NCBI GenBank assembly: GCA_018240525.1
Contig: JAFEFN010000014.1
Coordinates: 108,487-172,486, forward strand
Direction of reading: 5' to 3'
DNA from: Pseudomonadota bacterium
GTDB lineage: Bacteria > Pseudomonadota > Gammaproteobacteria > Steroidobacterales > Steroidobacteraceae
DNA length: 64,000 nt
Shown: piece after piece, positions 47,694 to 57,706 of the stretch
Layout: each line of letters begins with the position of its first letter
Position numbering within the stretch: position 1 is the stretch's first letter
Notes under the pieces: model-generated
Databases searched by the model: none
What the model was told of the DNA's origin: nothing
The model's input: only the letters and a program-made list of their open reading frames with translations
Made by a program: the position numbers and the translations under genes

Positions 47694-49064
47694 ATGACCC
47701 GAGATGGCCGGCGGTTCGCCCTGCTGCTCGCGATGATCGCGGCCGGCGCGCTCGGCGGTGCCCCCTCTATCGCACCCGCCGGTCCCCGGGCGGAGGATCT
47801 CGCGGTCGCCCGGTCCGGCTACGTCCTCAAGAGCCCGGTGTTCACGGCGGCGGCGCGCGAGCGCGCCGTGCATTTCATCGACGCCTCGGTCCCCCGGGCC
47901 GATGCCATGACGCCCGAGCAGTTCCTGCTGTGCATCCTGCGGATCGCCGCGTTTGCCGATAACGGGCACGACACCGAGCACGATGCGGGCGATGCCTGGT
48001 GGCCCGCCGCGCGCCTGCCGGTGCGCATGCTCTGGTTTCCCGAAGAATGGGTGATCGCCCGAGCCGATGCCGCGAACGCGGACCTGCTGGGGGCCCGCGT
48101 GCTGAGCATCGACGGGCGTTCGGCGCGGGAACTCTTCGCCGGCCTGCGTGAATACTGGGGCGGGCTCGATCGCTATCGCCGCTGGAACCTCGAGCCTGCC
48201 GTGATCGAGCAGGCGGGCATGCTGTACGCGGCGGGGCTTGCCCGGCGCGCGGACCGGCTGGAGCTGCAGGTCCAGCTCCCGGACGGCCGGCGCGTGCATC
48301 GCACCCTGCAATTCGTTGCCAAGTCCTCGATGCCGCCCGGGCAGATATTCGAGCGGCTGTGGTCGCCGGCCGCCTGGCCGGGCGACGCGGAGAAGGGTTG
48401 GACCTCGTTCCAGCCGCCGGTCACGCCGCTGTACCTGCAGGAGGGCGCCCGGGTATTCCGGGTGGCACGCCTGGCCGAGCTCGACGCGCTGTTCGTGCAG
48501 ATGCGCGTGCACTTCGATGCGGACGGCGAGACGGTCGAGGACCTGCGCCGCCGCGCCGAAGAGATCATGCAGGAGAAGCCACCCCGCCATCTCATCGTCG
48601 ATCTGCGGTTCGACACCGGCGGGGACATCGATCTGACGCGCGACTGGCAGCGCTCGCTGGCCGCGCGCGTGCCGGGGCAGATCTATGTGCTGGTGAGCCC
48701 CCATACGTTCTCGGCGGGCATCGTCTCGGCCGCGGCCTTCAAGCACGATGCGCCCGGGCGCGTGCAGGTGGTCGGCGAAGCGGTGGGCGACCGGCTGCGC
48801 TGGTGGTCGGAAGGCGACAATGTCTGCATGCCGCACTCGCACTACTGCCTGCACATGACCACGGGGCTCTGGGACCTGGTGCACGGGTGCGCCGCGCACC
48901 CGGCCTGTTACGGCGACCGCTACGAAGCGCAGGTTGCGGACCTCGATCCGGACCTTGCGGCACCGATCAGCGCCGGCAGCTGGCTCGCCGGGCGCGACCC
49001 GGGCATGGAGGCGATCGCACGTTCGATAGAATCCGCGGCAACACGCACCCGCACGCCTCAATAG
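47694..49064 (+). CDS. secreted S41-family peptidase-like protein
   Basis: ORF 47694..49064. Signal peptide. HLIVDLRFDTGGD and VLVSPHTFSAGIVSAA resemble the S41 DLRxNxGG and TxSAxE motifs. Confidence 0.5.
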   Translation: MTRDGRRFALLLAMIAAGALGGAPSIAPAGPRAEDLAVARSGYVLKSPVFTAAARERAVHFIDASVPRADAMTPEQFLLCILRIAAFADNGHDTEHDAGDAWWPAARLPVRMLWFPEEWVIARADAANADLLGARVLSIDGRSARELFAGLREYWGGLDRYRRWNLEPAVIEQAGMLYAAGLARRADRLELQVQLPDGRRVHRTLQFVAKSSMPPGQIFERLWSPAAWPGDAEKGWTSFQPPVTPLYLQEGARVFRVARLAELDALFVQMRVHFDADGETVEDLRRRAEEIMQEKPPRHLIVDLRFDTGGDIDLTRDWQRSLAARVPGQIYVLVSPHTFSAGIVSAAAFKHDAPGRVQVVGEAVGDRLRWWSEGDNVCMPHSHYCLHMTTGLWDLVHGCAAHPACYGDRYEAQVADLDPDLAAPISAGSWLAGRDPGMEAIARSIESAATRTRTPQ

Positions 49065-49078
49065 GTACCGAGGAAAAC

Positions 49079-50641
49079 ATGCCCAGCGCACCACCGGCCC
49101 GGTCGATCGGGCCCGCACTGATCTGCCTCCTGATGGCGGCCGCGGCAGCCGGCGCGGCGCGGCCACCCGAGGCGACCGTGGCGCAGGTCCACGCGGAACT
49201 GCTGCGTGGCGCCACCTCCGTCACGGCGCTGCAGCGGCGCTACGTGTCCCGGATCGCCGCCCTGGACGCGCGCGGACCCACTCTGCGCGCGGTGCTGGAG
49301 GTCAACCCCGAGGCGGCCGCGCTGGCCGCGCGGCTCGACGCCGCGCCGGGGCCGCGCGGATTGCTCTACGGCGTCCCGCTGCTGCTCAAGGACAACATCG
49401 ACACCGCCGACCGGATGCTGACCACCGCAGGCTCCCTCGCGCTCGTGCACTCGCGGCCGGCGCGCGATGCCTTCGTGGTGTCCAGGCTGCGCGCCAGCGG
49501 CGCGCTCATCCTGGGCAAGACGAACCTGAGCGAGTGGGCGAACTTTCGCTCCAAGCGCTCCTCGAGCGGGTGGAGCGGGCGCGGGGGACAGACGCGCAAC
49601 CCCTACGCGCTGGACCGCAACCCCTGCGGATCCAGCTCCGGGTCCGCCGTCGCCGTGGCCGCAGACCTTGCCGTCGTCGCCATCGGCACCGAGACCGATG
49701 GCTCGATCGTCTGCCCGGCCAGCGTCAACGGGCTGGTCGGCATCAAGCCCACCGTCGGGCTGGTGTCGAGGACGGGGATCATCCCGATCTCGGCCAGCCA
49801 GGACACCGCAGGTCCGCTGGCGCGCACGGTGGCCGATGCCGCCGCCGTCCTGAGCGTGATCGCAGGCTACGACCCGGACGACCCGGCGACGCTGCCCCTG
49901 AAGGACCGTCCCGCGATCGACTACTCGAAGTCGCTGGACCGGGCGGCGCTCAAGGGCGTGCGCATCGGGGTGCTGCGCCAGTACGCCGGCTTCCATGAAG
50001 GGGTCGATGCGGTCTTCGAGCGCTCGCTCGGGATCCTCAGGGCGCAGGGCGCCATCCTCATCGATCCGGTGGAAATCCCCAAGCACACCACGCTGGAGGC
50101 GGACGAGCAGACGGTGCTGCTGTACGAGTTCAAGGACGGCATCAACCGCTACCTCGCCGGCAGGCCCGCCGGACCGAAGACCCTCGCCGACCTGATCGCC
50201 TTCAACGAGCGCGAGCAGGCCCGGGAGATGCCCTATTTCCCGCAGGACCTGTTCCTCGAGGCGCAGGCCAAGGGCTCGCTGCTCGAGAAGGAATACACCG
50301 AGGCGCACGAGCGCGCGAAGCGCGCGGCGGGCCCCGAGGGCATCGATGCCGCCCTGGCGCAGGATCACCTCGATGTGCTGATTGCGCCCACGGCCGGCCC
50401 CGCAGCGACGATCGACCTGGTCAACGGCGAGCACCTGCTCGGCGGGGAGATCACCTCCGCTCCCGCGGTGGCCGGTTACCCGCACGTCACCGTGCCGATG
50501 GGTGCGCTGCATGGCCTGCCCCTGGGCCTCTCCTTCGTCGGTCCCGCCTGGAGCGAGGCGCGTCTCATCGCCTGCGCGTATGCCTTCGAACAGGCAGCGC
50601 AGGCGCGCCAGCCGCCCGCCTTGCGCCCCTCAGTCCCCTAG
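49079..50641 (+). CDS. secreted amidase (amidase-signature family)
   Basis: In-frame ATG at 49079 within ORF 48359..50641 (SD GAGGAA). Signal peptide and AS motifs LLKDNIDT, GKTNLSEWAN, CGSSSGSAVAVAA. Confidence 0.8.
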   Translation: MPSAPPARSIGPALICLLMAAAAAGAARPPEATVAQVHAELLRGATSVTALQRRYVSRIAALDARGPTLRAVLEVNPEAAALAARLDAAPGPRGLLYGVPLLLKDNIDTADRMLTTAGSLALVHSRPARDAFVVSRLRASGALILGKTNLSEWANFRSKRSSSGWSGRGGQTRNPYALDRNPCGSSSGSAVAVAADLAVVAIGTETDGSIVCPASVNGLVGIKPTVGLVSRTGIIPISASQDTAGPLARTVADAAAVLSVIAGYDPDDPATLPLKDRPAIDYSKSLDRAALKGVRIGVLRQYAGFHEGVDAVFERSLGILRAQGAILIDPVEIPKHTTLEADEQTVLLYEFKDGINRYLAGRPAGPKTLADLIAFNEREQAREMPYFPQDLFLEAQAKGSLLEKEYTEAHERAKRAAGPEGIDAALAQDHLDVLIAPTAGPAATIDLVNGEHLLGGEITSAPAVAGYPHVTVPMGALHGLPLGLSFVGPAWSEARLIACAYAFEQAAQARQPPALRPSVP

Positions 50642-51046
50642 CCACGCCTCGACCAGGGCAAGCAGGCCGCGCACCGAGGGCTGCGGGTTGTGCACGAAGA
50701 CGATGACCCGGGGCGCGCCCCGGGCGCGGCAGGAAAGCATCCGCACCCGCACGCGGTTGCCGCAGACGATGCCATCGAAGGCGGGCGGCAGCGGCTGTCC
50801 GAGCCGCGTGCCGATCTGCGCCACCGTGCGGGCCGGCAGGCGTATCGGTGCCGTGACGGTGATCACCAGCGTGCCAGCCTTCGGCACGCTTTCGCCCAGG
50901 GCCGCCTGCAGGCTCCTCGACAGGCGCTGCGCCACGCGGTCGAAGCGCAGGCGCGGCAGCGAACGCGGATCGGTCCCGGGAGGCAGTCGCCCCTGCGCGA
51001 ATGCCTCGAGTGCCGCCCACCGGTTCCGGCGCCTGCGCTCCGGCAC
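50630..51046 (-). CDS. hypothetical protein (138 aa)
   Basis: Tail of ORF 50630..51451. The GTG at 51046 lies 7 nt after the upstream stop. High GC3. No family recognised (..AGTLVITVTAPIRLPARTVAQIG..RVIVFVHNPQPSVRGLLALVEAWL). Confidence 0.4.
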   Translation of the reverse strand: MPERRRRNRWAALEAFAQGRLPPGTDPRSLPRLRFDRVAQRLSRSLQAALGESVPKAGTLVITVTAPIRLPARTVAQIGTRLGQPLPPAFDGIVCGNRVRVRMLSCRARGAPRVIVFVHNPQPSVRGLLALVEAWLGD

Positions 51047-51053
51047 GCCGGCC

Positions 51054-53504
51054 CTAGGCCCGGATGCGCGCGCCGGCCGGATCATAGAAAGGCCGCAGGG
51101 AGGCCTCCGCCGGGACACGCCGCCCGGCGATCTCGAGTTCGTAGGCGCCCGCGGCGACCCACTCGGGCGAGGCCAGTCCCTCCGGATGGGCGACGTAGCC
51201 CAGGCCCAGCGGCCGCCCGAGCGTGTGTCCGTACATCCCGGAAGTGATGCGCCCCACGATCTGGCCGTCCCGCCAGATCGGTTCGTTGTGATAGAGGAGC
51301 GGCTCATCGGCCGACAGCCTGAAGGCCACCAGCCGCCGGCGCAGCCCCTGGCGCCGTTGTGCTTCCAGCGCGGCGCGGCCGATGAATCCTGCAGGCTTGG
51401 ACCACCCGACGCTGAAGCCGAGCCCCGCCTCCAGAGGCGTGTCCTCGTCACCGATGTCGTGGCCCCAGTGCCGGTAGGCCTTCTCCATCCGCAGCGAGTT
51501 CATCGCGTGGTAACCGGCCAGTGACAGTCCGTGGCGGGCGCCGGCGGCCACGATCGCCTCGTACACCGCCGGCGCGAACTCCGTGGGAATGTACAGCTCC
51601 CACCCGAGCTCCCCGACATAGGTGATCCGGCTGGCACGCACGCGCGCGTAGGCCAGGTCGATGACCCGGGACGTGCCGAACGGAAAGGCTTCGTTGCCGA
51701 GGTCGGCGTCGGTGAGCTCGCCGAGCAGGCTGCGGCTGCGGGGACCCATGAGGCCGAGCACCGCGTAACCGGACGACACGTCGACCGCCGCGGCCCGGGC
51801 ATGCTCGGGTATGTGAGTCCTCAGCCAGTGAAAGTCGCGCGTCTGGCTGGCGCAGGCGGTCACGATCAGGTAGCGATCCTCCGCCTCGCGGGTCACGGTG
51901 AGGTCTGCCTCGATCCCGCCGCGCTCGTTGAGCCACGGGGTATAGACGATCCTTCCCACCGGCACGGCGACCTCGGCCGCGCAGATCTGGTTGAGGACCG
52001 CCTCGGCATCTGCCCCGACCAGCGCGAATTTCGCAAAGGATGACTGGTCGAACAGGCCCACGCGCTCACGCACCGCGGCGTGCTCGCGCGCGGAATGCTC
52101 GAACCAGTTCTGTCGTCCGTAGCTGTAGTGGTACTCGGGGGTGACCCCCGCAGGGGCGAACCAGTTGGCACGCTCGAACCCCGCCACCTCGCCGAAGCAT
52201 GCGCCCTGCCCCGCCAGCCGGTCGTGCAGGCACGAGCGCCGGACGCCGCGGGCACTCTCCGCCTGGCGGAAGGGCCAGTGCATCGCGTAGAGCAGTCCCA
52301 GCGACTCCACCGTGCGATCGTGCAGGTAGCGCTTGTTGCGCTGGAACGGCGCGCAGCGCCGGATGTCCACGTCCCAGAGGTCCATCGGCGGGTGGCCATC
52401 CACGATCCAGTCGGCGAGCACGCGCCCGGCGCCCCCGGCGGACTGGATCCCGATGGAGTTGAAGCCGGCGGCCACGAACAGGCCGGCCACTTCGGGCGTT
52501 TCGCCCAAGAGGTAGCGGTCATCCGGGGTGAAGCTCTCCGGTCCGTTGAAGAACACCTGGACGCCGACCGACTCCAGTGCCGGGACCCTGCGTGCGGAGG
52601 CGGCCAGCAGCGGCTCGATGTGCTCGAGGTCTTGCGGCAGCTGCTCGAACGAGAAGCTTTCCGGGATGCCCCGCATCCCCCAGGGCTTGGCCTTGGGCTC
52701 GAACCAGCCGACCAGGAGCTTGCCGGTGTCCTCCTTGAAGTACGAGCACGCATCGGCGTCGCGCAGGATCGGCGCGCCCGGCGCCAGGCCCGGCACCGGT
52801 TCGGTCACGACGTAGAAATGCTCCGCCGCGTGCACCGGCACGCAGGCATCCACCCAGCCGCCGATATCGCGGGCCCACATGCCCCCGCAGTTGACCACCA
52901 CGCGCGCGCGCACCTCGCCGGCATCGCAGCGCACGCCGGTGACGCGGCCGCGCGCGGTCGTGATCGCGCGCACCGCGCAGTGCTCGATGATCCGGACGCC
53001 GCGACTGCGCGCCCCGCGCGCCAGCGCCTGCGTCGTATCGACCGGATTGGTCTGGCCATCCTTGGGCAGGTAGACGGCACCGACCAGGTCATCCGCGTTG
53101 ATCAGAGGCCACAGCGCCTTGGCATCGCCCGGGGTGAGAATGTCGACCGCCAGGCCGAAGGAGCGCGCCATCGAGGCGCCGCGCGCCAGTTCCTCCATGC
53201 GTGCGGCGGTCTGCGCCACGGCGAGGGACCCTGTCTGCTTGAAGCCGGTCGCCTGGCCCGTTTCCGCCTCGAGGTTTGCATAGAGCCCGGCCGTGTACTG
53301 CGCCAGGCGCGTGAGGTTCAGCGTGGCCCGCAACTGCCCCACCAGGCCTGCGGCGTGCCAGGTCGTGCCGCAGGTGAGCTGCCCCCGCTCGAGCAGCAGG
53401 ACGTTCGTCGCGCCGCGCTTGGCCAGGTGGTACGCGAGACTGACCCCGACGATGCCGCCACCGACAATGACGATGTCCGCATCGGCTGGAACGCTTGCCG
53501 TCAC
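51054..53504 (-). CDS. FAD-dependent oxidoreductase fused to GcvT-type aminomethyltransferase domain (dimethylglycine/sarcosine dehydrogenase-like)
   Basis: ORF 51054..53504. DADIVIVGGGIVGVSLAYHLAKRG..TCGTTWHAAGLV.. followed by a C-terminal folate-binding GcvT-like half. Confidence 0.8.
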   Translation of the reverse strand: MTASVPADADIVIVGGGIVGVSLAYHLAKRGATNVLLLERGQLTCGTTWHAAGLVGQLRATLNLTRLAQYTAGLYANLEAETGQATGFKQTGSLAVAQTAARMEELARGASMARSFGLAVDILTPGDAKALWPLINADDLVGAVYLPKDGQTNPVDTTQALARGARSRGVRIIEHCAVRAITTARGRVTGVRCDAGEVRARVVVNCGGMWARDIGGWVDACVPVHAAEHFYVVTEPVPGLAPGAPILRDADACSYFKEDTGKLLVGWFEPKAKPWGMRGIPESFSFEQLPQDLEHIEPLLAASARRVPALESVGVQVFFNGPESFTPDDRYLLGETPEVAGLFVAAGFNSIGIQSAGGAGRVLADWIVDGHPPMDLWDVDIRRCAPFQRNKRYLHDRTVESLGLLYAMHWPFRQAESARGVRRSCLHDRLAGQGACFGEVAGFERANWFAPAGVTPEYHYSYGRQNWFEHSAREHAAVRERVGLFDQSSFAKFALVGADAEAVLNQICAAEVAVPVGRIVYTPWLNERGGIEADLTVTREAEDRYLIVTACASQTRDFHWLRTHIPEHARAAAVDVSSGYAVLGLMGPRSRSLLGELTDADLGNEAFPFGTSRVIDLAYARVRASRITYVGELGWELYIPTEFAPAVYEAIVAAGARHGLSLAGYHAMNSLRMEKAYRHWGHDIGDEDTPLEAGLGFSVGWSKPAGFIGRAALEAQRRQGLRRRLVAFRLSADEPLLYHNEPIWRDGQIVGRITSGMYGHTLGRPLGLGYVAHPEGLASPEWVAAGAYELEIAGRRVPAEASLRPFYDPAGARIRA

Positions 53505-53632
53505 CCCGGTCCCCCGTGCAAGGAATATCTGCGGGACTCTATGTGATCGATGCGCATTGCTCCATCATTTTTCGGTACTGTGGCTGCGGGGCGGCGCCGT
53601 GCTGCACAGCCGTGACTTCGGGGGCGGGCTTC

Positions 53633-56053
53633 ATGGTCGAGCGCGTTCGGGTTCTGATCATCGGCGGCGGCGCAGTCGGCTGCAGCTGCCTGTATCACTT
53701 CGCACAGCTCGGCTGGAGCGACGTGCTGCTGGTCGAGCGCAACGAGCTCACCTCGGGATCGACCTGGCACGCAGCCGGCAACTGCCCGACCTTCTCGACC
53801 GGCTGGGGGATCCTGAAGCTGCAGCAGTATTCGGCCGCCCTGTACCGCAGGTTGAGCGCCGCCGCCGAATACCCGATCAACTACCATGTCACCGGCTCGG
53901 TGCGCCTTGCGCACACCACAGAGCGCATGGACGAATACCAGTATGTCCGCGGCCTGGCCGAAGCCAACGGCCTTAACTACGAGATCCTCAGCCCCGCGCA
54001 GCTGCGCGAACGCCATCCCCTCGTGGCGCTGGAGGGCCTGCACGGTGCCCTGTGGGATCCCAACGATGGCGACATCGATCCTGCGCAGCTCACGCAGGCC
54101 CTCGCCGCCGCCGCGCGCGCCAGGGGCGCGCGCGTGCAGCGCTTCACGCAGGTGACCGGCCTTGAGCAGCTGCCGGCGGGCGACTGGCGGGTCAGGACGG
54201 ACCGGGGGGACTACCTGGCCGAGGTGGTGGTGAATGCCGCTGGCTATCGCGCCGGGGAAGTGATGGCGCTCCTCGGGCAAGCGCTGCCCATCGTGACGAT
54301 GTCGCACCAGTACCTGGTGACCGAGGCGGTCCCCGAGCTGGCCGGGCGATCCGCACGCGTGCCGCTGCTACGGGACCCGGACGTCTCTTACTACCTGCGC
54401 CAGGAGGGCGGCGGCTTCATCCTCGGTCCCTACGAGCAGCAGGCCACCGCCATGTGGCTGGCCGGCATCCCGGAGGACTTCTCCTACCGGCTCTGGGACG
54501 ATGCCCTCGAGCGCCTGGAGCCCTACATCGAGGCCGCGTTTGCGCGCGTCCCGCCGCTCGCCCGCGCCGGCGTCAAGCGGGTCGTCAACGGCCCCATTCC
54601 CTACTCTCCCGACGGCCTGCCCTACGTGGGTCCTGCCTACGGCCTGGCGAACTTCTATCATTGCAACACCTTCAGCTTCGGTATCGCCCAGGCGGGCGGG
54701 GCCGGCAAGGCGCTCGCCGAGTGGGTGGTGAACGGCGGCCCGGAGTGGGACCTGTGGTCCATCGATCCGCGGCGGTTCACCGGTTACGCGAGCACGACCT
54801 ATACGCTCGCCAAGGCGATCGAGACCTACCAGAACGAGTACGCACCCGCCTATCCGTGCGAAGAGCGGCCGGCGGGCCGGCCGCTCAGGACCTCGCCGCT
54901 GCACGAGCGCCTGCAACACGCCGGCGCGCACTTCGGTGTCCGCGGCGGATGGGAGCGCGCCCTGTGGTATGACGGTGAGGGTTCCGTCCCGGCGACGCTC
55001 AGCTTCAGGCGCGACCGCAACTGGATGCCCCACGTCGCCGCCGAGGTCCGGGCGGTGCGCACCGCCGTCGGGCTGATGGACCTGCCGGGATTTACGAAAT
55101 TCATGATCGGCGGGCCGGGCGCGCAAGACTACCTGGACCGGCTGGTGTGCTCGCGACTCCCCGCGCCGGGGCGCATCGCGCTCGCCTATGCGCTCACCGA
55201 GCAGGGCGGAATCCTCAGCGAGTTCACGCTGACGCGCCTGGCACCGGAGACCTTCTATGCCGTCTCGGCCGCGATCGCGGAGCACCACGACGATGATGTG
55301 CTCCGCCGCGGCCTGCCCCGCGACGGCTCCGTCCGGATCGAGCGCGTTTCCGAGTCGCTCGGGACCCTGGTGCTGGCAGGTCCCCGGGCCCGCGAGGTCC
55401 TGCAGCAGGTCACGGCGGCGGACCTGTCCAATGGCGCCTTTCCGTGGCTGACGGCCCGGCGCATCACGGTTGCCACCGCGGCCGTCATCGCCCTGCGCGT
55501 GAACTACGTCGGTGAACTTGGCTGGGAACTGCATGTGCACGGGCAGGACCTGGCGGGTGTGTACGATGCCCTCGTCGAGGCCGGCGCCCGCTGCGGGATG
55601 CGGCACTTCGGCATGTACGCCATGGATAGCCTGCGCATCGACAAGTGCTACCGGGGCTGGAAGTCGGACCTCGAAACCGGCTACACGCCCTTCGAGGCAT
55701 GCCTCGACCGCTTCGTGGACCTCTCCAAGGGCGACTTCATCGGCAAGGCCGCACTGATGCATGAAAAGGCCCGCGGCACGGCGCGCCGCCTCGTGCCCCT
55801 GCTGCTCGATGAGCCCGGGGATGCGGATGCCCCGTACTGCAGCGGCATCTTCGCCGGCGCACGGCGGGTCGGACTCGCCACCTCCGGCCTCTGGAGCCAC
55901 ACGCTGGAACGCAGCGTCGTGCTCGCCTACCTGGACGCGCAGTACGCGACCGAAGGGACCGCGCTGTCGGTGGATATCCTCGGCCGGCGGTGCGCGGCGA
56001 CCGTGGCGCGTGAACCGCTGTTCGATCCGGGCAATGCCCGGCCGCGGGGCTAG
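53633..56053 (+). CDS. FAD-dependent oxidoreductase fused to GcvT-type domain (dimethylglycine/sarcosine dehydrogenase-like), paralog
   Basis: In-frame ATG at 53633 within ORF 53495..56053. VLIIGGGAVGCSCLYHFAQLG..TSGSTWHAAGN... Same two-domain architecture as 51054..53504. Confidence 0.8.
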   Translation: MVERVRVLIIGGGAVGCSCLYHFAQLGWSDVLLVERNELTSGSTWHAAGNCPTFSTGWGILKLQQYSAALYRRLSAAAEYPINYHVTGSVRLAHTTERMDEYQYVRGLAEANGLNYEILSPAQLRERHPLVALEGLHGALWDPNDGDIDPAQLTQALAAAARARGARVQRFTQVTGLEQLPAGDWRVRTDRGDYLAEVVVNAAGYRAGEVMALLGQALPIVTMSHQYLVTEAVPELAGRSARVPLLRDPDVSYYLRQEGGGFILGPYEQQATAMWLAGIPEDFSYRLWDDALERLEPYIEAAFARVPPLARAGVKRVVNGPIPYSPDGLPYVGPAYGLANFYHCNTFSFGIAQAGGAGKALAEWVVNGGPEWDLWSIDPRRFTGYASTTYTLAKAIETYQNEYAPAYPCEERPAGRPLRTSPLHERLQHAGAHFGVRGGWERALWYDGEGSVPATLSFRRDRNWMPHVAAEVRAVRTAVGLMDLPGFTKFMIGGPGAQDYLDRLVCSRLPAPGRIALAYALTEQGGILSEFTLTRLAPETFYAVSAAIAEHHDDDVLRRGLPRDGSVRIERVSESLGTLVLAGPRAREVLQQVTAADLSNGAFPWLTARRITVATAAVIALRVNYVGELGWELHVHGQDLAGVYDALVEAGARCGMRHFGMYAMDSLRIDKCYRGWKSDLETGYTPFEACLDRFVDLSKGDFIGKAALMHEKARGTARRLVPLLLDEPGDADAPYCSGIFAGARRVGLATSGLWSHTLERSVVLAYLDAQYATEGTALSVDILGRRCAATVAREPLFDPGNARPRG

Positions 56054-57567
56054 ACTGCGCCAGGGCGCGGGAAGCGCGCCATCGCCTCCAGGTCGTTCAG
56101 CTCCTGGTCGTTGCGGATGTACAGCCGGCTGGCATCACGCAGCGGCTGGAAATCCCAGGGCGTGAAACGCCCCTGGCGCAGCGCCGCGTAGGCGAAGTGG
56201 CGGCGCTTCTGGCTGGCCAGCACCGCCTCGTGCAGCTCGCGCAGGTCCCAGCGCCGGGCCACCTCCGCCCGAAAGCCCGCCACCCGTTCCGCATGCTCCG
56301 CCTGTCCGGCCAGGTTGGTCAGCTCGTGCGGATCGCGTGCCAGGTCATACAGCTGGTCCGGGTCCGCCGGGCAATGGATGAACTTGTGATCTGCGCGCCG
56401 GAGCATGACGATGGGGGCGATGGCCCCTTCGGCGAGGTACTCGCCGATCACCTCCGCCGGGGCACCCCGCCCGGACAGCGCCGGCAGCAGGCTGCGGCCA
56501 TCCACCGGCGCGGCGTAGCGGGCGGGCGGGCCGGGCCGACCCAGCTCGACCAGCGTGGGGAGGATGTCCAGCAGGGACGCCGGCGCTGCCACCCGGCGCG
56601 GCGAAAATCGGGCCGGCGCGTGGACGATGAGCGGTATGCGGCACGAGGGCTCGTAAAAGCTCATCTTGTACCAAAGGCCCCGCTCGCCGAGCATGTCCCC
56701 GTGGTCTGCCAGCAGCAGCACCACGGTGTCGCGGTCCAGCTGCGCCTGCCGCAGGGCGAGCATGAGCGAGCCGAACTGGTCATCGACATAGGACACCGCA
56801 CCGTAATAGGCGCGCCGCGCATCGCGGACCTGCTGGGCGGTGATCTGCGCGGCGCCCAGCCCGATGACGTGCCGGATCCGCTGCGAATGCGGGTCATCCG
56901 CCGGCAGCGGCACGCGCGGCATGTCGATCTCGGTCTGCGCGTACCGCTGCCAGTACGGCTCCGGGATCACGTACGGGTCATGCGGGTGGGTGAGCGAGAC
57001 CACCATGCAGAAGGGCCGCCGGTCCTTGCCGCGCGCGATGTCGAAGAGCTTCTGCCGGGCGGCGAAGACCACCTCGTCGTCGAAGTCCATCTGGTTGGTG
57101 CGCGTGCACGAGCCGGCCTGGGTGACCGAGTCCATGGTGTGGTACCAGCCCGGCCGTTCCTCGAAGCGCGTCCAGTCCGGGGTCCAGCCGAAATCCGCCG
57201 GATAAATGTCCGTGGTCAGCCGCTCCTCGAACCCATGCAGCTGGTCCGGGCCGCAGAAGTGCATCTTGCCGCTGAGCGCCGTCTGATACCCGGCCTGCCG
57301 CAGGTAGTGCGCAAAGGTCGGGATCTGGGCCGGGAACTCCGCTGCGTTGTCGAACGCGCCGATCTTCGAGGGCAGCTGGCCGGACATGAAGGAGAAGCGC
57401 GACGGCGCGCACAGGGGGCTGTTGCAATAGAAGGCATCGAACACCACCCCGGCGCGCGCCAGCGCGTCGATATGGGGTGTCTTGGCGATGCGATTGCCGT
57501 AGGCGGGCAGCGCCCCGGCGGTCAGCTGATCGGCCATGAGGATGAGAATGTTCGGCTGCTCTGGCAT
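56050..57567 (-). CDS. betC: choline-sulfatase
   Basis: In ORF 56050..57651, with ATG at 57567. NILILMADQL..SPLCAPSRFSFMSG (sulfatase Cys/FGly motif) ..LSGKMHFCGPDQLHGFEERLTTDIYPADFGWTPDW is typical of BetC. Confidence 0.8.
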   Translation of the reverse strand: MPEQPNILILMADQLTAGALPAYGNRIAKTPHIDALARAGVVFDAFYCNSPLCAPSRFSFMSGQLPSKIGAFDNAAEFPAQIPTFAHYLRQAGYQTALSGKMHFCGPDQLHGFEERLTTDIYPADFGWTPDWTRFEERPGWYHTMDSVTQAGSCTRTNQMDFDDEVVFAARQKLFDIARGKDRRPFCMVVSLTHPHDPYVIPEPYWQRYAQTEIDMPRVPLPADDPHSQRIRHVIGLGAAQITAQQVRDARRAYYGAVSYVDDQFGSLMLALRQAQLDRDTVVLLLADHGDMLGERGLWYKMSFYEPSCRIPLIVHAPARFSPRRVAAPASLLDILPTLVELGRPGPPARYAAPVDGRSLLPALSGRGAPAEVIGEYLAEGAIAPIVMLRRADHKFIHCPADPDQLYDLARDPHELTNLAGQAEHAERVAGFRAEVARRWDLRELHEAVLASQKRRHFAYAALRQGRFTPWDFQPLRDASRLYIRNDQELNDLEAMARFPRPGAV

Positions 57568-57706
57568 CGTTGCGTCCCAGCGCGTGGCGCGGCGGGCAAA
57601 GTATGTCACAAAGCCCTGCGCCGCCTGCGCGCGCTCCCCCGGGCGCGGCACTGTGCGGGAGCACGACTGCGTGCCCTGCGCTCGGGCTGATGTCGAGAGG
57701 CCGACG

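Noticed and set aside
47067-49166. 699-aa minus-strand ORF
   Set aside because: Extremely Arg/Pro/Gly-rich. It is antisense to hpaI and the S41-like gene.
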